Below, one piece after another: positions 50,935 to 63,168 of a DNA stretch of 64,000 nucleotides; positions within the stretch are counted from its first letter, which is position 1; the number at the start of each line of letters is the position of its first letter. A program made the position numbers and the translations under genes. Source of the DNA: Albugo candida (Eukaryota); NCBI GenBank assembly GCA_040437565.1, contig JBDOQK010000012.1:186001-250000 (forward strand), given 5' to 3'. A model generated the notes under the pieces. That model searched no databases. It was given only the letters and a program-made list of their open reading frames with translations, and had not been told where the DNA came from.

Positions 50935-52417
50935 ATGAAAACAAGGCAAAGCCTTCCACCATCACCGCCATCGACTCGTTATGGAGCTCGCAAAGGCAGC
51001 AATAGGAAGCGTACCCCAACATCACTTAATTTGGATGAATGTGAAACAACGTTGTACCAGTCTCCGAGGAGAACACGCCGCGAGCTAAGAAATTGGAACG
51101 AGAAGAACGAACAAGATGAGAGCAAGAATGATACATCAGCCAAACGTACGAATTGAGCCAATTTGAATCGTACAATTCAGCTCATAAATTATTCTCTTAG
51201 AGGGTAAAAATTCACCTGCAGAATCTGAGACGACTGTGCTTGCTGCAAACAGCTTACATGACGACTTTGTAAATCTGATGCGAGCACAAGGTCTCGAGAA
51301 TATGGCTACAGAGGCAGGAATCATGAGGAACGGAACGCTTCTTGATGTTTCAACACACACATTGGATCAACAAGGCTCTTTACATTCTCAATCGAATTTT
51401 CAACAAAATGTGAATGGAAAGTCACCTGCCTCATTCTATACTCAAAATCACTCATTTTCACAGAGTCTGAATGTCACAAGCACGTACTGTTTTATCTTAT
51501 CTTGATGTATGATTCACTCGCTGAAAGAGCCTATGTGTCCCTTGTACAGAACGTACCCTACGAAGCGAAGAAAGTGTGCAAAAATCAACAAAGGATTACG
51601 ACATTTTAGCATGAAAGTTTGTCAGAAAGTAGAAGAAAAAAACGTGACTTCGTACAACGAAGTTGCCGATGAGTTGGTTCGTGAGTTTGTCACTTCTCGG
51701 CCAAATGATGCGGTGAGAGTGCTACACCACTTTATCGTTCACATCTAACAGAGCTTTAATAGGTATACGATGAAAAAAATATTCGGCGTCGAGTGTACGA
51801 TGCGTTGAATGTGCTGATGGCAATGAACATCATTTCCAAAGAGCGGAAAGAAATTCGATGGATAGGCTTTCCCAATACTCCTCAACCCGATGCACAGCTT
51901 TTGATGGTGTCTCTCATATCACTTATCAGAATTACTCAACACTGATATTTGATGTAGGCTGAACGAAATGAGCGTCTACGAAATTTGGAGCGAAAAAAAC
52001 AGCATCTTCAAGATCTCTTGGTTCAGGCACGTTTTGACAGAGGATGTCCTGGCTAGATCTAACGATTCGGTACAGGAAATTTCATTGAAAAAGCTGCTGC
52101 GTCGGAATACAGCTTTGGCTCACAGCAAAACCGCGATGGACTCTGCGGATGAAGGTCGCATTTTCTTGCCATTTATTGTGGTTAACACCAATAAAGACAC
52201 AATGATACAATGCGAAATGTCGGAAGATCGGGAGGATATTTTTTTCAACTTCAGCGCGCCATTTGAAATCAATGACGACACTGAGATTCTTCGTCGACTA
52301 CAATTACATCGATGCTCACGAAAAGACCTCGAAGAACTTGTATGCATCAAAGAGCTTCTTCCTTTCATTCCTTCCGAATGTGAAGTGGAGGAGAAATTAG
52401 AGTATGAGCACGTATAG
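50935..52417 (+). CDS. DP: E2F dimerization partner (DP) transcription factor, multi-exon
   Basis: [28 protein letters not shown] box [20 protein letters not shown], and LPFIVVNT...[12 protein letters not shown]. Confidence 0.95.
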
Positions 52418-53508
52418 TGTAACTGTATAGTACGGGTGCGATTAAACGGGTGGCAATCACAAATAACACATGCTTGCGCTTGCATGGTATCGTCAACAAT
52501 CTAGCAATGGAATCAACAATTGGATAGCAATATTGGCATTATGGACGATCCACCTTGGTCCATGGTATTTATTTTTCAATACCTGATTGAAGCTAGCCTC
52601 GTACAAAGTATGCAAAAGTATCGCATACATAGCGACTCGAGCAGTAGATGGTACCTTGTACCATACTAGCGGCAATTTTATTTCTATTATTCTATTATCA
52701 TTCGGATATACGTATACTTTTCGATGACGCTGAGAAGTCTCTCCGTATTGTGCTGCCTTGTTCTCCATGCTTTCTCACAGGCATTTGCATCCCATTGACT
52801 GAGTTATCTTATGATTAAGAGTGCCTTCTACCTGTTCCTAGCTTACACGACCGTATATTCAAGATTCAATACCGCGTACTGCCCTTCTGAATCCTAATCT
52901 CGGCTCATCGTGTCTCATTAGAGTGCGATCACGAGCACATTGCCTCATGTCGCGTGGATTGTCCTCGTCAATACCATGATCCGGAGCGGTATCTTTGCCC
53001 GTGCTATAGGTAAGTCAGCGTGTGACCATTACACTCGCTTGCATGACGTTAATTCCACCAGTAAAATGGCCACTTGCCTTGTTCAATTGGGCTGTTCTCT
53101 CAGACAAAGAATCAACGTAATGGCATTTTGCACTCGGAAAGGCTACTGCAAGGAAGGTTACTGTAAATACCGCCCTGGAGATCTCACACCGCATTTCGAT
53201 AAGCGATATGAGGTATTCGAATTGACTTCAATAAAAGCCCCATCCACACCTTGCATTGATGACTGCTGTCCTGGGAACTCGACGTGCTCTGAGAATGCGA
53301 CAATGCTGAGTGTTCGACAACCAGGAAGACGGTATCGTAAAGAAGAAAGTCGACTGCCTCCAAGAGAGTGCGTTTTCGGATATATTAACTATATAGTGCT
53401 CTAATGAATATGACAGGGGAGACCCGAGGCTCGGAGTGAACCAGGATTACAATCGTATGCCCTATAGCATTCCGCTCGCCAATATCCCATAGATGACACT
53501 TAACAGAT

Positions 53509-54688
53509 TTAACAAAGGTGCCGTTGGTCCAGTCGACTGGGTACAAGCTGGAAGGAAGGTTTTATAAAGTGGTCGCATGAGCATCTATATGTTGAATAAA
53601 AGTTCATTTTGATGAAATTCTGAATCACAATACTCACTGTAATCCATGCCAGTTCCAACTTCCCAGTTTGGCTTTACACGATTTACAAATTAGTTTTCCC
53701 TTGTCCATCGCCAAATTTGCGTGAGCCAGCATCCAAGGCATCGGCTCCACGTATACGAATGCACATCTGGACGTTCGTTCATCTACTTGATTGTGTCCGA
53801 TCTAGAAATTACGTCAGCCATCCAGCACACTATTCGAAGACTCCGTTATTGCCTGGTTGCTACTTGTTCCCAGCAATTGATTACACTTTTTACAGTGATA
53901 CTTGACCTTGCAACTAGCCTCCAATGCTTCATACAGTCTCACAACACCAGCTTTAGTGCGTTCAGCAGCTGTGACCATAGTACGATACTATCGACGAATC
54001 TCTCAGTCGTATTTTTCCACTCCAATTTTCTACTACCTCTGCGTGCGCGGCACTATTTCCTCGAATATCTGTGTCGAATTCCATTCGCTGAAAAAGAGCC
54101 AATTGAGCAAGAAACCCTTTGTTGACAGAGATACATGGTCGAGCACGTTGCACTGTTTGATACGCTTTTATCAGAGTCCATTTGAACGTCTGCATGAGGT
54201 ACGCGATGCAAATTGTAGCACTTCGAGATTGGCCATATGCGCAGTGAACGAGAACGCCATTCAAGTCTTTCTGTGAGCTTTCGTGAGTCCGGATGAACGC
54301 AAAACAAGCTTCCATATGTGGTAGAATGAGCTCATGTTCCATGTCCAAGATGTCGATCACTATGGACGCAATCGACTGAATTGACAAATTAAGTCGGATT
54401 GATTATGGACGAATCATATGCTTTACCGATGGAGCGATCGATCCAGTACCGAGTGAAATTACAGCATTGATTTTATGTTGCATTAAGAATATCTGATTCT
54501 ACGTTAATTTTTCAGGTAATACTCATAAAAAGAATGCTGAGGATAAATACTGTTGCAGCTGTTGCGTCTCCTATGAAAAGTGCGACGTCAGGAAGTATAC
54601 GCGTAGCGCAAGGACAAGTATACGTCGATGGATGGTGCAATTGCTGTGCAATGAGTTCCGATACAACGTCATCCATCAAGCGAGACAT
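53509..54688 (-). CDS. DUSP12: Dual-specificity phosphatase DUSP12/YVH1 with C-terminal zinc-binding domain, multi-exon
   Basis: Catalytic motif VHCAYGQSRS and NKGFLAQL. Zinc domain YHCKKC...VEPMPWM...GKLICKSCKAKLGSWNWHG...CSC...PSFQL. Confidence 0.9.
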
Positions 54689-54852
54689 AAACCGGTAATT
54701 CTGATCTGTCTCTCACTTTTTATAAAAAGCATCACGTGGACCTCCATAGATGGATACGGCAACTGCCACATACTGTATTAGCTGTATTTGCACAAAAGTA
54801 TCCAGTTTACAAACACTTTTGATTCACAGAATTGAGCTTTGAAAATCTAGAA

Positions 54853-55851
54853 ATGAGAATCGCAGTCTTTTCGACCCGTGAGCACGATATCCAGTCACTG
54901 ACGCAAGAAGCCAAGCACTCACAAATTGAGGACGAGTTCATATATCTTCCTGAGCGTTTGAAGTTGAGTACCGCAATTTTAGCTCAGAATTGCGACGGAG
55001 TTTTGCTATTTGTGAGTGATTCTGCAAATGCTCCAGTTTTAAATAAATTGAACGAGCTGGGTGTACGAGTGATCTTCTTGCGCTGCACGGGTTTTGATAA
55101 AGTCGATTTGGCTGAGGCCAAGCGTCTGGGCCTTCCAGTGGTAAGGATCCCGTCGTACTCGCCACATGCGGTTGCAGAACATGCAGTTGCGTTGCTTATG
55201 ACGCTTAACCGCCACACCCATCGCGCATATAATCGCACACGAGAGTCAAATTTCTCTCTAAACGGCTTGCTTGGCTTTGATGTCCACACAAAAACAATCG
55301 GAGTCATTGGGACCGGGAAGATTGGGTTTCTGTTTGCTCGCACCCTTCGATGCGGATTTGGAGCTCGAGTGTTGGCATATGATGTAAATGAGAACGATCA
55401 AGCTGCGGCCATAGGAGTCGAATATCACTCCCTCGACAAACTTCTTCGGGAATCGGACATCATTTCTTTGCATTGTCCATTGACACCAGAAACTCACCAC
55501 ATAATTGGTCAAAATGCGATTTCAAAGATGAAGGAGGGAGTCATAATTATCAATTCAAGTCGTGGTGGATTGGTCGAAACACGCGCCCTGGTAGATGGTC
55601 TCAAGTCCAAAAAGATCGGTGCAGCTGGTTTGGACGTATTTGAAGGCGAAGACGAATATTTTTACGGGGACCATTCGAACGATTTTATAAAAGATGATAT
55701 GCTGGCGCGTCTATTTACTTTTCCGAACGTTTTGATAACTGGCCATCAAGCGTTTTTCACGAAGGAAGCTCTCGAAACCATTGCCAAAGTTACAATGGAG
55801 AATATCAAGGCTTTCAAGGAGAAGAAACCTCTGATAAATCAGCTGGTTTGA
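54853..55851 (+). CDS. ldhA: NAD-dependent D-lactate dehydrogenase (D-2-hydroxyacid dehydrogenase, LdhA-like), intronless
   Basis: LRCTGFDKVD, PSYSPHAVAEHA, RAYNRTRESNFSLNGLLGFD, GVIGTGKIG, SLHCPL, NSSRG, LDVFEGE and TGHQAFFT. Confidence 0.93.
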   Translation: MRIAVFSTREHDIQSLTQEAKHSQIEDEFIYLPERLKLSTAILAQNCDGVLLFVSDSANAPVLNKLNELGVRVIFLRCTGFDKVDLAEAKRLGLPVVRIPSYSPHAVAEHAVALLMTLNRHTHRAYNRTRESNFSLNGLLGFDVHTKTIGVIGTGKIGFLFARTLRCGFGARVLAYDVNENDQAAAIGVEYHSLDKLLRESDIISLHCPLTPETHHIIGQNAISKMKEGVIIINSSRGGLVETRALVDGLKSKKIGAAGLDVFEGEDEYFYGDHSNDFIKDDMLARLFTFPNVLITGHQAFFTKEALETIAKVTMENIKAFKEKKPLINQLV

Positions 55852-56124
55852 TAGTAAGAAAACTTGCGTCATCCCAAAGGCGCTAATCTAAAATGTACGC
55901 GCTTAATTCGTATCAAAAATTTTCATATGAGTAAAAATGCTACTTGTTGGTACGCCTTCTTGAACGCTTATTTCGATTGTTTGTCTCGAGAGTATCGTGA
56001 CGCTCTTGTATAATTGGCCAATAAGTGTTGAACGTGTTTATTTGCAGCCAACGACACTCCACCATTTCTTCCTTGAAAGAATATTGATGAAACGGATTGG
56101 TTAAAATTCTCTGACATCCCTCTT

Positions 56125-57600
56125 ATGCCGGAATACTGTTTGCTACAAGTGAATGGATATTCGAAATGGTGGAGTGAGTTCGACAATGCCAACACTAAGA
56201 CGTATGCTTCACTCTCCTTTTTCATTCTATCCGCTATTCTCCCCTATCCCATGGCAAGAATCTCTTTTTTTATCGCCGAACGATTTTCGTCGGGTAAATG
56301 GATGTCCGTACACCGACATCCTTGCCGTAGCTGTTCTCTAAACTAATTATGTCATTAGTTGGCCCAAAGAAGCACGTTCCTTTATGATGTGGCAGACGGT
56401 TCTTCTATTCAGAGTGAGTATACTGTGGATTGCGTTACGAGTATCACACCTTTCGATCTTCTTATGTCAATGGCCATCATGGATTTTTGGAGTTTGTCTG
56501 GTTATATGGATTGATTCCGCCGGAAATCTGCTTCGTGAATTTATTGTAAGGAAGGGATTAAAGGGATATGGTGATCAGGTCGCCGCGGGTCGTGAAGTAA
56601 TGTTGCGCGAAGGGAGCACGGTATGTCAAGTAATGAATGCCTCAAGTTGGGAACTGAGTATACACGTATAGCTTGGAAAGATTGTCTTTCTCGTCCTGTT
56701 CATATACAGCAATTACGTGGAAGACGTGCTTGGAGATAATGACTACGTACGCTTTGCATTCTCAGTTGGTTTTTGTGCCTCGATAATGTTCCCATTTATC
56801 CCTTTTGTAAGTGATGACACATACAAACAGACTGTGATGTATCAACGCACTTTTTCTGACAGTTGCGGAATATAATTGGAGCCCATTACATGTTGTTCAA
56901 CAATCTATTGACGTATGGCACTTGGTTGCGTGTCCCTCGAGGTAGCGAATGGGGTCGAGTCGGCACTCCTGTTTTAGGATTTTTGGTACTCGTTCCAAAC
57001 TCGAACAATTCCAGTTCGAAAACGTATATACCCGCGCAGGATCTACTGTCCAATACGACCGAAACACAACCCAGTCTCGCACGACCGATTTGTCTGAGAA
57101 TTCACCTTCGCCCCACATTGACAGCGAAAACGGTGAGAGCGTTCTTACAGAATCTAGATACATTATTGGATGAGTTGATACGATCTCACGACGTGATCGT
57201 ATCCTCATCTAAAATTGCGCTCAGTGCAAAGAATCTATTACACTCACAGAAGAAATTTACCAAAACTGCACCGTACTCTTCAAAATTCAATGTTACTGAT
57301 CGATATCAAGAACAGATCAATATTATCAAAAGAGCCCGTGGCCAAGAACCTCTGATGGTGCTCGAATGCAAGCAGAAATGGACTGTCTATTTACAATTCT
57401 TCTTACGTCCGGAAAATGAAGAGGATTTTCTCGACGTGCGTCAAAAGGTATGCTGAATGTTGCAGTTGCAGTTGCAGTTGTGATGAGATTGTGTGCCAGT
57501 GTATCGAAGCGATCGCTCAGCTGAAAGAACAATTCTGCTCTAAATAGCACAAATTGTGCCAACCGATGGGGCTGGCTCGATTAGGAGTCAGTACAGCGTC
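56125..57600 (+). CDS. Hypothetical multi-exon protein with hydrophobic segments
   Basis: Short + strand ORF pieces bounded by GT..AG sites (e.g. intron 56807-56862 joining 'MFPFIPF' to 'LRNIIGAHY'). No recognisable family; boundaries uncertain. Confidence 0.35.
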
Positions 57601-58417
57601 AAGAGAACTACAATGGCTGATTTGAAAGCTTTATTTTGAAGCCTTAGCACACGACAATTGCGGAGGATAAAGTTTACTGTCGTGAATAGAGATGGCATAT
57701 TTTTCGAGTTATCACATTGATAGACGATAAAACTCGGTACGTCTGAATGAGAAGAGGAACTCCTACACAAGCTCAAAGAAGGAGATATTCAATGCAAATA
57801 CATGCTTAGATGTGACGGAAAGTAAGCTCAGTTTGTTATTATATTCAAACTGAATAGGACTAGGTTGATATGCCGTGCATGTTCTGCCTCTTATGTACAA
57901 TCTAAAACCTTGGAGACCCATTAAAATCTGAATTAGAACGCAAACGTTTGTTCAGCATCTATACCTTACATATGATAATTCATTATGTGTAAGTGATTGG
58001 CCTGAACCAGCACTTGAGCAGTATCAGGCCCAGACCAAGAGGTAGATGTATTCAGTAAGGAAGCAGAGTATCGTATAGTCCCTGACACATCGGATTGGGT
58101 TATTGACGACACTGCGACATATTATGCTGCTATTATGGCACAAAGATAACTTACTCAAAGGTTTGATCGAGACATATACTGCGTGAATCATGTTCCCTGT
58201 GCCAGTCGTTCCGTACGTGGCTATATCGAAAAGTCGATGTGTCAGCAGCGCTTCCCGAGCATTTCTTCGGAAACAGCGTTCCAAACCGCATTATTGCTCT
58301 CGTAAGCAAATTGGTGTTGAGATTCGCTTGTATCTGATTTTGTGACCAAGTATGTCAAGAATACCTTTTGAGAATCAAAACCAAAGTGATTCTTCTGAAA
58401 AGCCTGATAGAAAAGTA

Positions 58418-60837
58418 TTCTCTGATAGTTCTCGTGTTTGAGTATGGTGAGAAATTGAATTGGGTACCCAATGGCATACGTATTCTTTACATGTGTTACT
58501 TTTCTCGCGTACGTCTCTACCTCTGGCCAAATACATGGACACTAGCACTCGCTCTTTTGTAATTTACACAAGTTATTGGCTATTATTGTAAACTATCCTG
58601 AGTAACCGCGTCAAAAGCATACAAAAAGCAGCATAAAATTATTGTGACAACCCTACTTGCTCAACTCAGAAATTTTTGCTCTACAATCTGTCGATGAGTA
58701 ATTGCGACACATGGATGCCGGTGGAATCCCTCAAATATCTGGACCCCAGCTGTTGGAATGCATATACCGCTCTATGTTCATGACCTACCCCGTGTGATTC
58801 ATGTGTGCATACACAAGGGTCTGTATTTTTTACACACATTAATTCTCTATCACACTTTAGACTGTGGATAGAGGTGTTGATTTGGTAAGCATTTTGGTCG
58901 AGCAAACGCATATTATTGACCGTGCTGCAAATTTGCATATATAATGACGGGACACGTTGAGATAGATTGTACCAAAACCAAGGACTCAAGTCGAGACGAC
59001 TCCTCGTTGGCTTCAACCTCAAGTATAGAATCAGATCACGAACGACCACGGGGAACGGATACCCAGAGCAAAATCTACAACTCTGAGCACGTTTCCACGC
59101 GACTTTCCCAACTTTTGCATATCTCATCAGAGAAGGATGACACCACAATTCGAGCAAGTATACATATGGCCAATAGATGGAAGAAAGTGGGTTACCACCC
59201 CTACAAAATGGATGCATCTGGCTATACGGCCCTCCACCGGGCAGCCAAAAAAGGAGATAGTGCTCTTATTAGTGTCCTCCTTTCCATGTACGATGGACCG
59301 CAACAAGAACTAGCGGCGATTCCTTCCAAGAAGCAAGCACACCTAGCCGTACATTTGGCTGCAAAATACGGTCGACTTGACGCATTACGGACGCTGACCA
59401 CACCTGAGTTTCGATCACTAGTCAACACTCTTGATCGTAGTCGAAATACACCGCTTCATTTCGCGGTCACTTGCAATCGACAAACAGCACCGGACCTTGT
59501 TCTCACGTTATTATCGCGCGGCGCAGATGTCACAATCAAAAATCGTCACGAGATACTTCCTATCGTAGCTTACATCANNNNNNNNNNNNNNNNNNNNNNN
59601 NNNNNNNNNNNNNNNNNNNNNNNNNNNNNNNNNNNNNNNNNNNNNNNNNNNNNNNNNNNNNNNNNNNNNNNNNNNNNTTCTCTGATAGTTCTCGTGTTTG
59701 AGTATGGTGAGAAATTGAATTGGGTACCCAATGGCATACGTATTCTTTACATGTGTTACTTTTCTCGCGTACGTCTCTACCTCTGGCCAAATACATGGAC
59801 ACTAGCACTCGCTCTTTTGTAATTTACACAAGTTATTGGCTATTATTGTAAACTATCCTGAGTAACCGCGTCAAAAGCATACAAAAAGCAGCATAAAATT
59901 ATTGTGACAACCCTACTTGCTCAACTCAGAAATTTTTGCTCTACAATCTGTCGATGAGTAATTGCGACACATGGATGCCGGTGGAATCCCTCAAATATCT
60001 GGACCCCAGCTGTTGGAATGCATATACCGCTCTATGTTCATGACCTACCCCGTGTGATTCATGTGTGCATACACAAGGGTCTGTATTTTTTACACACATT
60101 AATTCTCTATCACACTTTAGACTGTGGATAGAGGTGTTGATTTGGTAAGCATTTTGGTCGAGCAAACGCATATTATTGACCGTGCTGCAAATTTGCATAT
60201 ATAATGACGGGACACGTTGAGATAGATTGTACCAAAACCAAGGACTCAAGTCGAGACGACTCCTCGTTGGCTTCAACCTCAAGTATAGAATCAGATCACG
60301 AACGACCACGGGGAACGGATACCCAGAGCAAAATCTACAACTCTGAGCACGTTTCCACGCGACTTTCCCAACTTTTGCATATCTCATCAGAGAAGGATGA
60401 CACCACAATTCGAGCAAGTATACATATGGCCAATAGATGGAAGAAAGTGGGTTACCACCCCTACAAAATGGATGCATCTGGCTATACGGCCCTCCACCGG
60501 GCAGCCAAAAAAGGAGATAGTGCTCTTATTAGTGTCCTCCTTTCCATGTACGATGGACCGCAACAAGAACTAGCGGCGATTCCTTCCAAGAAGCAAGCAC
60601 ACCTAGCCGTACATTTGGCTGCAAAATACGGTCGACTTGACGCATTACGGACGCTGACCACACCTGAGTTTCGATCACTAGTCAACACTCTTGATCGTAG
60701 TCGAAATACACCGCTTCATTTCGCGGTCACTTGCAATCGACAAACAGCACCGGACCTTGTTCTCACGTTATTATCGCGCGGCGCAGATGTCACAATCAAA
60801 AATCGTCACGAGATACTTCCTATCGTAGCTTACATCA
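58418..60837. other. Assembly gap (100 N, 59578-59677) with 1,160-bp duplicated overlap creating a false partial gene copy
   Basis: 58418-59577 is repeated at 59678-60837 (offset 1260). Confidence 0.95.
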
Positions 60838-61499
60838 TGACAACGCAAGAAGATAATCCCGAGATCGTGACGCATTTGATCAAATATGGATGTGATCCGA
60901 ACTCGTGCGATGCGGATGGGAATACAGTACTGCATTATGCGGCACAAAATGGACTTTGGAAAATAGCGGCTACATTGGTTTCTCATCGAGCTTCGATAGC
61001 CTTTCGGAATGGCAAAGGAGAAATGGTGCTGGACAGATTGGCACCACAGCAGCTCGAGTGGCTCATGAGCTTTGTATCATCATCTCCCGAATGGGTTCCA
61101 TTCTCGATGCAAAAAACTTGCATGATATGTGCCCGCCGTTTTGGACTGATCGTTCGGGTGCATCATTGTCGTCTTTGTGGGCGTATTTGTTGCGGTCCGT
61201 GCTCGAACTTTAAGCGTAAATTACCGTTCCAGGTTCACGAACCCGTAAAGAGAAACCAACGGTCCCCATCCACTATACTCAATATGAGAAGACTCAGTCG
61301 TAGTGTATCCTTTTCAAATTTTGAAATTCGTGATACTACGGTTGTATCCGGGAATCGACTCCACCGTGTGTGTGCAATCTGCATCAATGTGCAATGCAAC
61401 GCGGTAAACTCAAGTGAAGACGTATTCAAAAGCGTTACTCAGTCAAACATGACTCGTTTGACAAAGAGTCAGGTCAGTTATCTCGAGCGTTCACGTTGA
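60204..61499 (+). CDS. Ankyrin-repeat + FYVE zinc finger protein
   Basis: Ankyrin motifs GYTALHRAA, LAVHLAAKYG, NTPLHFA and GNTVLHYAA. FYVE: W..F...CMIC...RVHHCRLCGRICCGPCS...HRVCAIC. Confidence 0.92.
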   Translation: MTGHVEIDCTKTKDSSRDDSSLASTSSIESDHERPRGTDTQSKIYNSEHVSTRLSQLLHISSEKDDTTIRASIHMANRWKKVGYHPYKMDASGYTALHRAAKKGDSALISVLLSMYDGPQQELAAIPSKKQAHLAVHLAAKYGRLDALRTLTTPEFRSLVNTLDRSRNTPLHFAVTCNRQTAPDLVLTLLSRGADVTIKNRHEILPIVAYIMTTQEDNPEIVTHLIKYGCDPNSCDADGNTVLHYAAQNGLWKIAATLVSHRASIAFRNGKGEMVLDRLAPQQLEWLMSFVSSSPEWVPFSMQKTCMICARRFGLIVRVHHCRLCGRICCGPCSNFKRKLPFQVHEPVKRNQRSPSTILNMRRLSRSVSFSNFEIRDTTVVSGNRLHRVCAICINVQCNAVNSSEDVFKSVTQSNMTRLTKSQVSYLERSR

Positions 61500-61631
61500 A
61501 GTACAAAATTCTGTGATCAGAAAAAGATTTATCCCAATGCGTCAACATTTGTGACTCGTGGTACTTGGTATTAAGCTTATCAGTGACTTGTGAGCTTCCT
61601 TCCGTTCGTTTCTCCCGTTTTTGTTACGTTA

Positions 61632-62869
61632 TCACGCTTGGTACCCTCCATGAGTAGGCAGCATCATTGGTCCGCCATCTTTCATACTGGTAATGTAACG
61701 GTTAATAATACAATTCAATAAACTCTGCAATGCGTAATGCGTACCTTTTGAAATAATAGTAGAGGAAGTCGGCCATCATTAGCATATGACCAATTTGCAC
61801 TAAAATCACCATGTACCCAACGTGATCTCCGGCTCCTTTTCCTGATAATTCGTGGTAGGAAAAGAACCAAAACACCTAAGTTCTCATCAGTTTTAGCTTC
61901 TCTAGTAAATTGCACTTGAATTACCAAATGCAGAAAGCTTCCAAATGCCAACGCGTACACAAAATGCGAAATACAAGACTCCACAGCTCCACCACCCTAA
62001 AAACGTATTTAATATACTTGAAGAATTTTCAGCAACTGCACTCACCCGTTTTTGAAACATGAATAGTTGCGGTAAGATTGCCAATGCCTAAGTTCATACA
62101 AGGTCGTAAGTCATTACTTCTTGCTTGTGTTATTTTCAAAGAGTGTCACCTCAACATATAACGCGATGGTCCATGAAACATCCGCCAGCCAGTTATGATT
62201 CAAATTGGGATGAACGATCTAAGAAGATCGCTGAGAAGAGAGTGGTGCTATCGCTATGTATGTGATTGTACCATTCCAAAAAGCATGCAAGGTACCAAAA
62301 TATACAGCGCTCCTAATTCAGTTGGAATATGGAGCCATCCAAACGTATCGTAACGTAATTCATAGCTTGCATTGTATTGGACCATGATCAGGTAGATAAC
62401 TCCGCAGCTTAGAAATAATGCACAGATTTCTAGAGCTGAATACAACCAATCTCCACTCCGATCGTATGGAAGATATCCTTGAAATCGTAAGATTGATGCG
62501 AGTCGGAAAAAAAAGACGCATGCGTATAATTCCACAGTCTTGAGTGATAAACCTTTGTGACTATATATTAGCCAGAAAGAAAAACAGCAACCTCAAATTT
62601 AACAGCAAACCTGAGACAGATTTTTGAGAAAACGCTTTGAATATTAATACTGCGAACCCGAACGCGCGAACAAAAGAGCCAAAGGTCTAAAGTATCACGC
62701 ACTGTAAGTTACAGTATAGCTGGATGGATTTCGTGCTGCGTACCATCAGAAAGGAGAAATCTCCATCACTAAATAAATGGTAACAAAATAGCACAAGTAC
62801 GAAAAAGCCGGACCATATCGCAATATTGCTTTTATGTGTGCTGAAGAAAGCATTGCTAGTGAAAAGCAT
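61632..62869 (-). CDS. ER lumen protein retaining receptor family (ERD2-related), multi-exon
   Basis: 'FSDGDFSFLM', 'GLSLKTVELY...RLASIL...GYLPYDRSGDWLY', 'ALAILPQLFMF' and 'QLVICADFLYYYF'-like blocks, spliced through short GT-AG introns. Confidence 0.88.
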
Positions 62870-63168
62870 TGTAAAGTTCGTAGGATCAGCATTTAGAAAG
62901 ATGCGGTTACGTACGCACTGTATTTGTCCTTGAGCATCGCGATTGCTTTCAACTGCGGGGACGTTGTTTGAGTGATGCACAGTCCACAATATAGATTGTC
63001 GATAGGAGAGTACAATACCTTGCAAAATAAAACTACCAGTCTGTCAACTATCATCGGCTGTGATTATGCAGAGAAAGTGACTACAACTCCACAGTAGGCT
63101 GCACACATCAAATCGATAAAAAGCGAACTTTAGCAGTCGAATTGACTCGAACTTCATGTAAAAGTGCT

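Noticed and set aside
52493-53404. ORFs 52493-52768 (-) and 52940-53404 (+), including a Cys-rich stretch, as candidate secreted effectors
   Set aside because: No clear signal peptide, no RxLR/CHxC-type motif in the right position, and no recognisable domain.
58944-59822. Apparent tandem duplicate of the ankyrin gene
   Set aside because: Appears identical to the downstream copy and ends exactly at a 100-N gap; an assembly overlap artefact.
47629-61499. Endosomal PI3P module (Rab5 + FYVE protein) as a gene cluster
   Set aside because: The genes are 12 kb apart with unrelated housekeeping genes between them, and both families are common.
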